Shown: positions 10,601-20,935, counted from the stretch's first letter. The stretch: DNA of 64,000 bases from Gemmatales bacterium (GCA_041640595.1 JBEPZY010000003.1:316242-380241); one strand, 5' to 3'. The notes: generated by a model not told the origin, from the sequence alone. A program made the numbers and translations.

Positions 10601-11711
10601 CAAGCAGGGCGGCATGACTGCTCGGCGCTTTTGTGTCGTAAGAGTCATTCACAAACTTGCAGACATGGTCGGCGAGTCTGTCGGCAACCCACGCGTTGAA
10701 GCGATTGCTTTCTATCGGTATGACGGCAGTACGGTCGCTTTTAACAAGGAACTCGGCGTGAAGGAGCAGACGCACAGGACCTATTTGCTCTGTCGGATAG
10801 AAAACGTGAACGGGAAGGTAATCCTCCGTAGGTTTGACACAATCGTTTTCAAGCGGAGCAGCAATAATGAAACTGACCCCATCCTCAGAGACGGCTCGCC
10901 GCTCATTTGGCCCCAAAAGCTTCAGCAGGTCCTCGGGAGGGTGCTCTGTATGTTTTGCGACACGCCACCCGACTGGGGTCTGTCCCCGGCTGTCGCGCAG
11001 CAACCAAGTACCTTGCTCGCGGTTCCGGATAACCTCTACCTCTAGTCCTGGAGCAGTGATTTTCCGAAGATGGCGGAAGGCAAAGAGCGCGTGAGGTGGC
11101 CAGTTCTTCAGCAGTTGTTCCACCTCCGTTATCTTTTCCGGAGAAAGGCCGGGCAGCTTGACAACCGTTTTGAAGCCCTTCGCCTTGAAATCGTCAAGAT
11201 GAGGGTCTTGTGCTCGGGCATCACTCCACGCGATGAAAAACGGAATCCATTGGTAGGGCACGTGTTCCCCGCCCAGGTCGTTGTCTTGCAGCCACCGCAC
11301 GCTTTTGTCAGGACTGAACTCTATGCCCTCGCCGTCCACGGTAAGCACCTGGGGATTCCGGGAGACCTCGTACACCGATTTGAATCCTACGCCTTTGCGG
11401 CCGATCGCGCCCCCAGTCTTGTCTGAGAAATCAGTGCCGCAAATAGCGCCCACGGATTCGGGTTTGAAGCCTTGACCGTTGTCGGCCACATAGACAGCGT
11501 CGTTCTTGACCGAAACAAGAACCTCCGTGGCCTGTGCATCATCGCTATTTTGCAACAGCTCGAAGAGCCATCGCCCCGTGTGGTCGCCCGTGGCGCGCTC
11601 TGCGGCCCGCGCGTCGCGAACTATCCGCTCTGGGTCGGCTTTGTAGACTTTTAAGGTTTTCTTCTTGTATTGTTCAATAGCTGCTTCTAAATGGCCTTTT
11701 TTCTTGTGCAT
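7623..11711 (-). CDS. Sacsin/Hsp90-like GHKL ATPase with C-terminal DUF3883 (NOV-type PD-(D/E)xK nuclease); candidate defence protein
   Basis: LFELLQNSDDA, DNGQGF and IGRKGVGFKSV GHKL motifs; C-terminal GFDL..RVEVKA; Lys-rich and visibly lower GC than its neighbours. Confidence 0.8.
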   Translation of the reverse strand: MHKKKGHLEAAIEQYKKKTLKVYKADPERIVRDARAAERATGDHTGRWLFELLQNSDDAQATEVLVSVKNDAVYVADNGQGFKPESVGAICGTDFSDKTGGAIGRKGVGFKSVYEVSRNPQVLTVDGEGIEFSPDKSVRWLQDNDLGGEHVPYQWIPFFIAWSDARAQDPHLDDFKAKGFKTVVKLPGLSPEKITEVEQLLKNWPPHALFAFRHLRKITAPGLEVEVIRNREQGTWLLRDSRGQTPVGWRVAKHTEHPPEDLLKLLGPNERRAVSEDGVSFIIAAPLENDCVKPTEDYLPVHVFYPTEQIGPVRLLLHAEFLVKSDRTAVIPIESNRFNAWVADRLADHVCKFVNDSYDTKAPSSHAALLVPFQDRESHPVANALWQRIAEKAKTDLRLADIEGQQRLTLGEARLISVTVRHDLARTLLEATSFGGQLLHCSFDTDQEARNALRALDCKEIHDRDLMEVIAQNAVSLATNPGLVWACWEWLADWVASKPPYSEEHRKRIESVKALPIVPIDGSLLKVSDLAGRIVTWKPNAGVGNLPDWLPLTFVDDWFRDRIQKEAKEKSTVKRVSEELEIKEPGADVVQRAVGKAIDQYWKDKQGDPGQFLRFILQQDWHETTLPSAELRRCPVPVRGGTWAEAEKAYFGIEWNNDLVEALYEGQDGIAWVQCISGDAERELPVLEWLGCAAYPRVVKNCGSNGNGIPANQLPVECGGWRKTFPDTGWRTPTVDAVGRLEAVTIEKLNDTQVCALLTLLAKHWDDYYKVRSQAKVTWFYYYHREQSVRAFWWFQILYMVRPRTRSGSASAALIDCWLPDGRTERAIGDLLPVVNLEAFGDDKEVVRDWLVSAVGLRTRMEQLTVEEWKQLLSTRIPGKAPAERLASDEELRYKVMKWYEACLETVAEKEDIKDEDFKSCPLLCRKGNDWKYVSNEPRYLNDDNGLATAFAEDVWLFHIPARLHSDAVKYFGVLSLLQSVNVDVIPGEPQSQLSGDLKDKFTRSLPYVYAWRSSEIKQESAERLSARLKRLKVLVVPTLKARLSLAGVHHEVERRWHVEGDTIYLHKDRQNEAELARALTKALDVRKEADFYENLLRCADDRQRKEKLLSEGMADAEIDKCLREYSRQSDQEEQDESPQTQIEGQQESGTSQTPVGDDTQGHYREQASIRQAGDTSVESRSEAEPQERDEQPLRLKDPTKTNYDFVSPHGESADIGGGGTGAVGTWSGGRSLTDADKAELEKAGRIIVKRQLEKMGYQVEEMPLENPGFDLRATKNGQELRVEVKAHSGRATIVELTQPEYKEYLGQQEYRWELWNVEHLAERDPSRVRITRYDTIPDDALETRTWRVDLKKCKLTAPVEM

Positions 11712-11730
11712 AAGTGCTTATTGTATGGTC

Positions 11731-11940
11731 TCCACCTAACACCTGTGCCCATTTCCATTGGCATAATACGCTTCGGCGGATGAAGTGCTAAGTTCTTCGG
11801 TTTCGCCGTGCCTCCTATGTCTTCAAGCATGGTCGCCATGTTTGGTGGTTTCCATCTAACCTGCGTAGTGCACAACGCATCGCCCGGACTTTACCTTTAG
11901 CGTAGGGTAACCTCCAGGTTCACTCGTTAGCCAGAAACCA
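11731..11940 (-). other. Two putative degenerate integron attC-like sites (11731-11780 and 11846-11940)
   Basis: On the minus strand each ends in GTTRRRY (GTTAGGT, GTTAGAT), with an upstream partly complementary box (7/10 and 12/15) and an internal stem. Confidence 0.4.
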
Positions 11941-12192
11941 CTTTGCCACCTCAACGGATCGTCTGAGTCACATTCGAGAATTGGCTGTGCGAGTCTATCA
12001 CTGGTTAGCTAACAGGCGTTTCGCCACCTCGACTCACCCTCGACCTCCCCCGCCCCGGAAGTTTCTGCCTTTTTCGAGAACGTGCTCAGAAAACCTGCTA
12101 CTCATCCTCGACTTCACTGTTCCCTCGCCGCTGCTTGGTTGCCAGTCGGCCGTCACGGTGCGGCAACGTTCACCCTTGCCGGTGCGTATCGA

Positions 12193-12395
12193 ACCCACGG
12201 CGGGCTAACGCCGCCTGCTCTTTGGTGGCGTTACTTGCCGAACAGAAATCGAATCGTTCCGCAAATGCGTCTTCCACACCCACGGCGGGCTGACACCCGC
12301 CGCTCTTGGTGCGTGTGCGACTCGGCATTGCAAGACGCGATTTCCCGGCGAACGAACGTCGTGCACCAGGAGCGGCTCGCGTAAGCCGACCGTGG
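12193..12395. repeat. REP-like hairpin cluster (3 copies)
   Basis: cccacggcgggctaacgccgcc, cccacggcgggctgacacccgccgctcttgg, and inverted caggagcggctcgcgtaagccgaccgtgg. Confidence 0.8.
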
Positions 12396-12594
12396 CGCGC
12401 GAGCGTTCTCCTTCGACGAAAACCTCGCCGAAAAACGCTCGCCATCGCCGATGCGTTTCCCCCACGGCGGGTGTCCGTGTGCACGGGCGCGTGGCGAATC
12501 AGTAGAATAAGCCCTGCGAAAAGCAGGAATAGCGACCGGGCCGAGTTCCGCTACTTGTGGCGAATCAGTAGAATAATCGCTGCCCCGCTGCTTG

Positions 12595-12691
12595 GTGCTA
12601 ATCGAACCAACGTGGGATTGAAAACTTACTCAGGAAGTGAAGGCACGTGTTCGGGCGATGCGTGCTAATTGAACCAACGTGGGATTGAAAA
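12595..12691 (+). CRISPR. Orphan mini CRISPR array: 2 x 30 bp repeats, one 37 bp spacer
   Basis: GTGCTAAT(C/T)GAACCAACGTGGGATTGAAAA at 12595-12624 and 12662-12691 (29/30 identical). The ATTGAAAN 3' end is typical of class 1 (e.g. I-B-like) repeats. No cas genes in the window. Confidence 0.75.
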
Positions 12692-12860
12692 GTAGAATCA
12701 GTAGAATAAGCGCTGCCCCGCTGCCCGGCTGAAGACAAACGGGCAAGCTTTTCCTGCCGCTATCACGGAACAAAGCGTTCGAACCGAGAGGAAAAGCCAG
12801 ATCGGCCGAGAGTTGCAGCAAGTGACCGCTGGGACTTTTGCTTGAACAAAGGGGGAAACC

Positions 12861-14276
12861 ATGCGAGTGTTTGCTGCAGCAATTGCGACGTGCCTGATGT
12901 TTGGGCTAACAGCCCCGTTCGCCGCCGAGCCCGAGGACTGGTACTACCACGACGGGCCGTTGGCCGGCTCGCTCAAGAGTGACAAGCCGTTGCCACTCTA
13001 CGACAAAGACCCAAACCATCTTTGGAACCGACTGTTCGCTGTTCTTTACATTCGGCCCGGCGAGAATCCCCCGCCTGGCCAAGCCCGGCGCATTGAAGGA
13101 GGCGACGCCTATCTCGATCCGCTGCTGTGGCCCGAGACGCCACGCTTCACCGCCGACCGCGCTGTCCTGGAGAAGACGATTCGGCTGCTCGACGAGTTCC
13201 TGGAACAGAAAGGAGCCGACCTCATCACTGACCCGCTCAAGCGGGCGATCTTCCAGCATGACCTGTGGGTCGTGTACGACCGAGTAGCGCGGCAGCGGCC
13301 GCGAACGGGCCTGGCGACACTGCACGGCGAGATGCTCCGGAAAATGGCCCAAGTAATCCGGGCAGTCGCCCTCTCCAAAGAGGAGATCGCCGCCCTCCCC
13401 GACAATTACGCGCTGGCCCTGAAGTCGGGGCATTTCGCCGCCGAACATGGATTCGATCCCAGGATCGACTATCTACCCGCTGATTTGCCAACGGGGCCGG
13501 GCAATTCCACCACCGGCGACTGGGTGGAGATCACCTATCCGGCCCACGTGCCACCGTATCACACCCACGACTTCGGCGGCCGCTCCTACTTCCGCATCTT
13601 CTGCCGCTTCCCCGCGGGTCGGCAGGCAGTGCTCGACTACCTGAAGTATGTGGCCGAAGAAGGCGTTGACCAGAACCATCCCGATGCAGCCAGGAGGGCG
13701 GTGCTCAAGAGCAAAGGTCTGCGGCAAATCCCCGCCGGCACCCAACTCGCCCTGCTCCGCCAGATGGTGGTGCTCGACAAGAACCTGGAACCGGTGCCGA
13801 CATCCATCGTGCAAGAGCTTCGCATGCGCATCTTCAAGAACGTCGAGGGGAAGGAAGATCCCGCTACCACTTCCGGGGAGGGCGTCAACATCTACTCTTA
13901 CGAATTGAAGCGAGCCCTGGCGTTCGACGGCCTGCGCAAAGGCGGCCTGGAACGACAGCCGAACAACCTCAAAGTATATCGGCCGCTCTTCCACTTCAAC
14001 GAGGACTGGGGACGGGCCAAGGGGCGCGAGGGTCTGGCATTTCTGCCCGTGGCGACCCACTGCATCGCCTGCCACGGTCACAAACCGGGCGGCAATGTCG
14101 GTGTTTACAGCATCCATTCCATTCACGCCGCCTTCAGCCTCGCCGGGGCCACTCGCAATGGCCCGCCAGGTATCGCCACGCCGATGACGAAGGAGGCGCC
14201 AACCCAGGCCCAGCGTGCAGAAAAAATAATTCTCTCGCGTCCGGAATATCGGCAGCTGGTGGAGTGGAGTCGCTAG
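12861..14276 (+). CDS. Secreted hypothetical protein with one heme-c motif
   Basis: Signal peptide MRVFAAAIATCLMFGLTAPFAA; CIACH near the C-terminus; purine-rich RBS. Confidence 0.75.
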   Translation: MRVFAAAIATCLMFGLTAPFAAEPEDWYYHDGPLAGSLKSDKPLPLYDKDPNHLWNRLFAVLYIRPGENPPPGQARRIEGGDAYLDPLLWPETPRFTADRAVLEKTIRLLDEFLEQKGADLITDPLKRAIFQHDLWVVYDRVARQRPRTGLATLHGEMLRKMAQVIRAVALSKEEIAALPDNYALALKSGHFAAEHGFDPRIDYLPADLPTGPGNSTTGDWVEITYPAHVPPYHTHDFGGRSYFRIFCRFPAGRQAVLDYLKYVAEEGVDQNHPDAARRAVLKSKGLRQIPAGTQLALLRQMVVLDKNLEPVPTSIVQELRMRIFKNVEGKEDPATTSGEGVNIYSYELKRALAFDGLRKGGLERQPNNLKVYRPLFHFNEDWGRAKGREGLAFLPVATHCIACHGHKPGGNVGVYSIHSIHAAFSLAGATRNGPPGIATPMTKEAPTQAQRAEKIILSRPEYRQLVEWSR

Positions 14277-14324
14277 ACGTGAGGCACGCTTGCAACCCAG
14301 GCCACACCGAACCAATGGCTGAAG

Positions 14325-14790
14325 CTGAGGGATCGCCATCTTGGCTTTCCTCGCTTCAACGTTGCTGCAGGCAGGCCCGCCCACGCACCAGCGTGGCCAG
14401 CATCAGCGTGCGGAACGACCGCACCTTCGTCCAGTCCATGCTCGCCACCAGTGGACGCTTCTTCCAGTACCGCCGCTGGCGGACGAGCCAACGCAGCGGC
14501 CCCTGCATGGCCTCGGAAATGTGGATGCGTTCGTTGCTGGTGAATCGCCGGGCTCGCTTGATGCAATGTTTGGCGGTCTTGCAGGTGCTGGCAGCCAGAC
14601 GGCGACTCAGCTCGGCCAAGCTTACCGATTGGATTGGCAGGACTGCCGTGACCCAACCCACTAGCGTTTTCTTCTGGCCGATGATTTCAGCCAGCTAGGT
14701 AGCCAGACCAGTAACGCTGCCGGAACTAAGTCGGCCAGCGTTTTCACCTAGCTTTTTCTCAGTGCGACGTATACACTGGTGATTCAGCAA
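14325..14790 (-). mobile_element. Internally deleted IS4-family (IS10-like) remnant with transposase pseudogene fragment
   Basis: SLAELSRRL..AKHCIKRARRFTSNERI..VASMDWT..LMLATLVRGRA resembles an IS4 transposase N-terminus. The ends CTGAGGGATCGCC (14325) and TTGCTGAATCACC (minus, 14790) resemble IS10 IRs. No TSD seen. Confidence 0.7.
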
Positions 14791-14935
14791 ACGACTTCCG
14801 TGAATTTCCTGGCGGTTCCCTCCGTAGGTTCTGGTGGTAGCGGGCGACCTTTCCTAAACATGTACGAACCCAGGACTTCGTAGGCACCGCCATTTTTCCC
14901 GCACCCCCGACAGAACTGTGGATGAGTCAGGGAGA

Positions 14936-15047
14936 GTGCTGGTGGTTCGGAGATTGGCAGCTTAGCTTGCGGCACCACAAGACAGAAGATACGCAACTAT
15001 TTTCTCAAGGTGCTGGTGGTTCGAAGATTGTCAGCTTAGCTTGCGGC
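14936..15047. repeat. 38 bp direct repeat pair separated by 36 bp, overlapping the lon stop codon
   Basis: gtgctggtggttcg(g/a)agattg(g/t)cagcttagcttgcggc at 14936-14973 and 15010-15047, 36/38 identical. Confidence 0.9.
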
Positions 15048-17408
15048 GGTGGCGGGTTCGGGTTCGCGCAGAGCCAGGTTGGGAATGGCGGCACGCAGCA
15101 CTTCCAGCAGCTGACTGGCAAAGAAAAATTCGATCTCCTTACGCACGTGTTCGGGTATCTCGCGGAGGTCTTTCTGATTTTCGCGTGGCAGAATGACCCG
15201 TCGGATACCGGCACGGTGAGCGGCGAGGAGCTTCTCCTTGATGCCGCCGACGGGGAGCACCAGGCCGGTCAGCGTGATTTCGCCGGTCATAGCGGTGTCT
15301 TTGCGGGTGGGTAAGTTGGTGAACAGCGAGGTCAGAGCAGTGACCATGGTCACCCCAGCGCTGGGTCCGTCTTTGGGGACAGCGCCAGCGGGAACATGGA
15401 TGTGCACACCGTTGCGGCGGAATTCCTTCGGCGAAATGCCGAGCAATTCGGCGTGGGACCAGACGTAGCTGAGGGCAGCTTCTGCCGATTCGCGCATCAC
15501 CCGGCCAAGCTGACCTGTCAGCCGCAAGCCTTGCCCCTGGGGTAAAAGTGCGGCTTCAACGTAAAGCACTTCGCCGCCGGTCTCGGTCCAGGCCAGTCCC
15601 GTGGCCACACCGGGAGGAAGTGCCTCGCGGGCCTGTTCGGGGAAGAAGCGTTCCGGTCCGAGCAAATCGGGCAGGTCTTCGGGGCGGACGGTGACCGGTT
15701 CGGTCTTGCCTTCGGCGAAGCGGACGGCGACCTTGCGGCAGAGCCGACCCAGGGCCCGTTCCAGTTCGCGGACGCCTGCTTCACGGGTGTATCGCCGGAT
15801 AATCGCATCCAGCGCGGTCGGCAGAATGGTCAACTGTTCCGGTTGCAGGCCGGATTCTTTGAGCTGCCGCGGAATCAGATAACGGCGGGCGATTTCCATT
15901 TTTTCTTCCGGCGTGTACCCGGCCAGACGCAGAACTTCCATGCGATCCAGGAGCGGTTCGGGAATGGTCATGAGATTGTTGGCCGTGGTGATGAAAAACA
16001 CCTTGGACAGGTCGAAGGGCAGATCGAGGTAGTTGTCGCGGAAGTTGGTGTTTTGAGCGGGGTCAAGGATTTCCAATAGGGCGGCTGCGGGGTCGCCGCG
16101 AAAATCCCGACCGATTTTGTCCACCTCGTCGAGCATCAGGACGGGATTCTTGACGCCTGCCCGACGAATGGCCTGGATAATCCGGCCCGGCATGGCGCCG
16201 ATGTAGGTGCGTCGGTGGCCGCGAAGCTCCGCCTCATCATGTAACCCGCCCAGACTTTGCCGCTCGAATTTTCGACCCAGCGCACGAGCAATACTCTGGC
16301 CGAGCGAAGTTTTGCCGACGCCAGGCGGACCGACGAAACACAAAATCGGCGCCTTGGCTTCCGGATTGAGTTTGAGCACGGCCAGATGCTCGAGAATCCG
16401 CTCTTTGATTTCCTCCAGTCCGTAATGATCCTCATCGAGCACCTGCCGGGCACGGGCGATGTCGAGTTGATCCGGCGTCTCTTTGCGCCAGGGCAACTCG
16501 AGCACCAGTTCCAGCCAGGTGCGGATGACCTGATAATCGGGAGCGATAGGCGGCAGACGTTCGAGGCGATTTAATTCGCGTTCGGCTTCCTTGCGTACAT
16601 CATCGGGGAGATCGGTTTCGGCCAGGCGTTGCCGCAACTCGTCAATTTCCGCCTTTTCCGGGCTTTTTTCGCCGAGTTCCTCCTGAATGGCCCGCAACTG
16701 CTGGCGGAGCATGTACTCGCGCTGTTGTTTGGTGAGTTCAGACTCGGCTTGCTTTTGAATCTTGTGCCGCAGTTCCTGCACCTGCAATTCGTGCTGCAAA
16801 TACTGATACAGCAGCCGCAACGCTTCCAGACGGCTCGGCGCTTCGAGCAGGGCCTGTTCTTTAGGCACATCCAGGCTCAGCATCGAGCCGATGAAGTAGG
16901 CCACACGCAACGGATCGCCCTGCTGCGTGATTAATTCCCGCAGATTCTCCGGCGCTTCCGTACCAGCCAGTTCGAGGATGCGGCGGGTGGTGTCGAGAAT
17001 GCTCCGGTAAAGGGCCTCGACTTCCGGACCGGAATCTTCCGGCCAGGGAAGCACCTGAACACGTGCCAGCAGATACGGCTCGGTTTGTTCCAGCCGAAGC
17101 AGACTGACGCGCTCGATGCCCTGCACCAGGATTTCGATGCCGTTGGGCGAACGGGCCATCTTGCGGATCACCGCCAGCGTGCCCACTCCGTACAAATCGT
17201 CGCTGCTGGCTGGCTGATCCTTTTGCGGATCGCGCTGGGCGAAAATGACCAGCGATTTGTCTTCCCGAGCCGCGGCGGCTTCGATGGCGGCGATGGAGGT
17301 GGGTCGGCCCGCGGACAGGGGCGCAAAGACCGACGGGAATATCACCGTGTTCCGCAACGGCAAAACCGGTAAGGTCTGAATCGTGCCAGGCGTCATCGGA
17401 GAAGTCAT
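15036..17408 (-). CDS. lon: ATP-dependent protease La (Lon)
   Basis: LPVLPLR N-domain, [14 protein letters not shown] Walker A, PKDGPSAG catalytic Ser, GGIKEK Lys. Confidence 0.97.
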   Translation of the reverse strand: MTSPMTPGTIQTLPVLPLRNTVIFPSVFAPLSAGRPTSIAAIEAAAAREDKSLVIFAQRDPQKDQPASSDDLYGVGTLAVIRKMARSPNGIEILVQGIERVSLLRLEQTEPYLLARVQVLPWPEDSGPEVEALYRSILDTTRRILELAGTEAPENLRELITQQGDPLRVAYFIGSMLSLDVPKEQALLEAPSRLEALRLLYQYLQHELQVQELRHKIQKQAESELTKQQREYMLRQQLRAIQEELGEKSPEKAEIDELRQRLAETDLPDDVRKEAERELNRLERLPPIAPDYQVIRTWLELVLELPWRKETPDQLDIARARQVLDEDHYGLEEIKERILEHLAVLKLNPEAKAPILCFVGPPGVGKTSLGQSIARALGRKFERQSLGGLHDEAELRGHRRTYIGAMPGRIIQAIRRAGVKNPVLMLDEVDKIGRDFRGDPAAALLEILDPAQNTNFRDNYLDLPFDLSKVFFITTANNLMTIPEPLLDRMEVLRLAGYTPEEKMEIARRYLIPRQLKESGLQPEQLTILPTALDAIIRRYTREAGVRELERALGRLCRKVAVRFAEGKTEPVTVRPEDLPDLLGPERFFPEQAREALPPGVATGLAWTETGGEVLYVEAALLPQGQGLRLTGQLGRVMRESAEAALSYVWSHAELLGISPKEFRRNGVHIHVPAGAVPKDGPSAGVTMVTALTSLFTNLPTRKDTAMTGEITLTGLVLPVGGIKEKLLAAHRAGIRRVILPRENQKDLREIPEHVRKEIEFFFASQLLEVLRAAIPNLALREPEPATAAS

Positions 17409-17633
17409 AGCCAGGATCCTGTCCAGGGATGAAATGCAGGCCGGAAAGTTTGCAGCGCCCGACAGGGTGGGCCCCGATCCGAAAGGATGTCCCCGAGGTC
17501 ACGAAGAACCTGCGTCCCTTGGCGGACCCGCCTCGGGTTTCGAGAAAGGTCTGCGATTCATCCTGGTTTCCTCCAGGTGGGCATTTCGTCGGGTACGCAG
17601 CGAAGTCAGGCGCGGGTATCGCCGGCCGAAAAG

Positions 17634-17999
17634 TCAGCCACTCGTGTCAATCGCTACCAGCAGCATGCCATCCCGGTAATCCACTTCCAGCTGGGCATGT
17701 TCCAGATTCACGGGCAACTCGACGGTGCGCTCAAATGGGCTGTAAGCGATTTCCATGCGGTACTGAGCGTAGCCGAATTGTTCCACGCAGAAATCGCGGC
17801 GCTGCCCGGCCACGGTCAGATATTGGCCGCGAACCTCGATGCGAATGTCGCCCGGACGCACCCCGGCCAGGTCGAACTTGAGCAGCCAGCCTCGCGGCGT
17901 GCGATAAATATCCACCGGAGGCGACCAACCCGCCTCCTGATGGCTCTGCGCTTGCGGTAAGAAAAACACCTGCATCCAGCGAACAATGTCTCGTGCCAT
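17634..17999 (-). CDS. Small heat-shock protein (Hsp20/alpha-crystallin)
   Basis: WSPPVDIY..DLAGV..MEIAYSPFERTVELP..YRDGML. Confidence 0.9.
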   Translation of the reverse strand: MARDIVRWMQVFFLPQAQSHQEAGWSPPVDIYRTPRGWLLKFDLAGVRPGDIRIEVRGQYLTVAGQRRDFCVEQFGYAQYRMEIAYSPFERTVELPVNLEHAQLEVDYRDGMLLVAIDTSG

Positions 18000-18166
18000 C
18001 GTGTCCTTCCTGGTTTTTGCGCGACGCTCCGGTCAGGCTCGGGGACGTGGCCGGAAGATCGGGCAGTGGAATCCACGAATCGGTTCGTCGCCGAGCGCAC
18101 CACCTGTGGACAGCGGCAGACCCGGCCACTTGTGAAGTTCGAATGGGCCTGTCGGTTCCTGGCCGA

Positions 18167-20785
18167 TCATGCCGCTGCTGAGCTTACGGCCCGGAAGATT
18201 AACATATCGGCCCGGGGGTCATAATCCAATTGCACGGTCTGACCATCGCGAATTTCGCCGGCAAGCAACCGTTTCGCCAGAGCGGTCTCCACTTCCCGCT
18301 GAATCAACCGTTTCAGGGGCCGGGCACCATAGTGCGGGTCGTACCCTTTCTGGGCGAGGTAATCCCGAGCCGCCGGCGTTACCACCAGGGTGATCCGCCG
18401 TTCCTCCAGCCGCTTCTGCAACCGCGCCAGCTGGATGTCCACAATCTGTTTCAGGTGGGCTTCGGTCAGCGAATGGAACACGACGATTTCGTCCACGCGG
18501 TTGAGGAATTCCGGTCGGAAATGATAGCGCAACTCCTCAAGCACCGCTTCTTTCATCCGCTCATATTCCGGTCCACCGGGCAGGCCCTGGTATTGCAGAA
18601 TCCGCTGGCTGCCGATGTTCGAGGTCATGATGATGATGGTGTTCTTGAAATCCACCACGCGTCCCTGGCCATCCGTCAATCGTCCATCGTCGAGGATTTG
18701 CAACAGCACGTTGAAGACGTCGTGATGGGCCTTTTCGATTTCGTCGAAGAGCACGACCGAATAGGGTCGGCGACGCACCGCTTCGGTGAGCTGTCCGCCT
18801 TCCTCGTAACCGACGTAACCGGGCGGAGCACCGATCAGCCGGGCCACCGTGTGTTTCTCCTGATATTCGGACATGTCAATGCGGATCATGGCCCGCTCAT
18901 CGTCGAAGAGCGCTTCCGCCAGTGCCCGTGCCAATTCGGTTTTCCCAACACCGGTCGGCCCCAGAAAGATGAACGAGCCGATCGGACGATTCGGGTCTTT
19001 CAAGCCCGTGCGGGCGCGAATGACCGCTTCCGCCACCACGCGCACCGCTTCATCCTGACCCACGACCCGCTTGTGCAACTCCTCTTCCAGGTGCATCAAC
19101 TTCTGAGCTTCGCCTTCCAGCAACTTGCTGACCGGAATGCCCGTCCAGCGACTTACGACTTCGGCGATATCTTCTTCGTCCACTTCTTCCTTAATGAGCC
19201 GGACTCCCTGCCGGGTCAGCTCTTCTTCGGCTTCCTTGAGAGCCTTTTCGAGTCCGAAAAGTCGGCCATATTTGAGTTCGGCGACGCGGTTGAGGTCGTA
19301 CTGTCGCTCGGCCTGTTCGATTTCGATTTTGGTGCGTTCAATCTGAGCCCGCAGGTCGCGCAGTCGCTGGATCATCTGTTTTTCCCGTTCCCACTGCGCT
19401 TTGAGGGTATCAGCGCGGGAACGGAGTTCGGCCAGCTCTTTTTCGAGTTTGGCCAACCGTTCTTTCGAGGCCGGATCGGTTTCTTTCCGCAACGCCTCCC
19501 GTTCGATTTCCAGTTGCATGACCTTGCGGAGGATTTCGTCGAGCTCGGAGGGCATGGAATCAATTTCGGTGCGGAGTTTGGCTGCTGCTTCGTCCACCAG
19601 GTCGATGGCTTTGTCGGGTAAGAATCGGTCGGCAATGTAACGGTTGGAAAGCACCGCAGCGGCCACCAGAGCGCTATCCTTGATCCGCACGCCGTGGTGC
19701 ACCTCGTAACGCTCTTTCAGACCACGCAGGATGGAAATGGTGTCCTCGACCGAAGGCGGTTCTACCAGGATAGGCTGGAATCGGCGTTCGAGGGCGGCGT
19801 CTTTTTCGATGTATTTGCGGTATTCGTCCAGCGTGGTAGCGCCGATGCAGTGCAGTTCGCCGCGAGCCAGCATCGGCTTGAGCAGGTTGGAAGCGTCCAT
19901 CGCTCCTTCAGCGCGGCCCGCACCAACCACGGTGTGCAACTCGTCAATGAACAGGATGATTTCCCCCTGGGCTTCCTGCACCTCTTTCAGTACCGCTTTC
20001 AACCGCTCTTCAAACTCGCCGCGATATTTGGCCCCGGCAATCAGGGCGCCCATGTCGAGCTGGATGATCCGCTTGTTTTTGAGTCCCTCGGGCACATCGC
20101 CGCGAACGATGCGCTGAGCCAGACCTTCGACGATCGCGGTTTTGCCCACACCAGGTTCGCCGATCAGCACCGGGTTGTTTTTGGTTCTGCGGCAAAGCAC
20201 CTGGATGACGCGGCGAATTTCGTCATCGCGGCCGATGACCGGATCGAGCTTGCCCTGGGCCGCCAGTTTCGTCAAATCCCGACCGTAGCGTTCCAGGGCC
20301 TGGTAAGTAGTTTCCGGAGTCGGCGAGGTTACCCGCTGATGGCCGCGAATCTGTTGCAACGCCTGCAACAGGTTGTCGCGCTGAATCCCATACTCACGCA
20401 GCAAACGCCCGGAAAAACCCGTATCGTCCACCAGGCCCAGGAGCAAATGCTCGACCGAAATGTACTCATCGCGCAGTTTCTTTGCTTCCTCTTCGGCCTG
20501 CATGAGCAACCGGTTGAGCCGACCCGTGATATAAACCTGGTCCGTAGCGGCAGGTCCGCTGACCCGCGGGAGCCGACGCAGCTCCTGCTCCAGTCGTTCC
20601 TGCAGCCTGTCCACCCGGCTCAAACCAGCCTTTTGCAGCAGCGGCACCGCCAGCCCATCGCTTTGCTCCAGCAGAGCCAGAAACAAATGCTCCACATCCA
20701 CCTGCTGGTGCGATTCCCGAAGTGCTCGCCGGTGCGCTGCTTGCAACGCTTCCTGAGCTTTTTCCGTAAAGCGGTTGATGTCCAT
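18167..20785 (-). CDS. clpB: ATP-dependent chaperone ClpB
   Basis: Two AAA+ modules ([16 protein letters not shown]) and a long coiled-coil middle domain; 872 aa. Confidence 0.97.
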   Translation of the reverse strand: MDINRFTEKAQEALQAAHRRALRESHQQVDVEHLFLALLEQSDGLAVPLLQKAGLSRVDRLQERLEQELRRLPRVSGPAATDQVYITGRLNRLLMQAEEEAKKLRDEYISVEHLLLGLVDDTGFSGRLLREYGIQRDNLLQALQQIRGHQRVTSPTPETTYQALERYGRDLTKLAAQGKLDPVIGRDDEIRRVIQVLCRRTKNNPVLIGEPGVGKTAIVEGLAQRIVRGDVPEGLKNKRIIQLDMGALIAGAKYRGEFEERLKAVLKEVQEAQGEIILFIDELHTVVGAGRAEGAMDASNLLKPMLARGELHCIGATTLDEYRKYIEKDAALERRFQPILVEPPSVEDTISILRGLKERYEVHHGVRIKDSALVAAAVLSNRYIADRFLPDKAIDLVDEAAAKLRTEIDSMPSELDEILRKVMQLEIEREALRKETDPASKERLAKLEKELAELRSRADTLKAQWEREKQMIQRLRDLRAQIERTKIEIEQAERQYDLNRVAELKYGRLFGLEKALKEAEEELTRQGVRLIKEEVDEEDIAEVVSRWTGIPVSKLLEGEAQKLMHLEEELHKRVVGQDEAVRVVAEAVIRARTGLKDPNRPIGSFIFLGPTGVGKTELARALAEALFDDERAMIRIDMSEYQEKHTVARLIGAPPGYVGYEEGGQLTEAVRRRPYSVVLFDEIEKAHHDVFNVLLQILDDGRLTDGQGRVVDFKNTIIIMTSNIGSQRILQYQGLPGGPEYERMKEAVLEELRYHFRPEFLNRVDEIVVFHSLTEAHLKQIVDIQLARLQKRLEERRITLVVTPAARDYLAQKGYDPHYGARPLKRLIQREVETALAKRLLAGEIRDGQTVQLDYDPRADMLIFRAVSSAAA

Positions 20786-20935
20786 AGCGGAACCCTTCCT
20801 TTCTGCGTGGGTGATGGTGGCCCAGGTGGTTCCTGCTGGCCACGCGGTTTACGCTCGCAAACGGCCCATCTGCAACCCCGATGCCGATGCGTGCACTGAG
20901 TGAAATCCGCAGAATTCTAGGCTATTCCCAGCCAC

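Noticed and set aside
11687..11875. 62 aa ORF upstream of the ATPase-nuclease gene
   Set aside because: No RBS or domain; it runs through the attC-like hairpins.
18230..20899. Plus-strand ORFs of 463 and 401 aa
   Set aside because: Antisense shadows of clpB.
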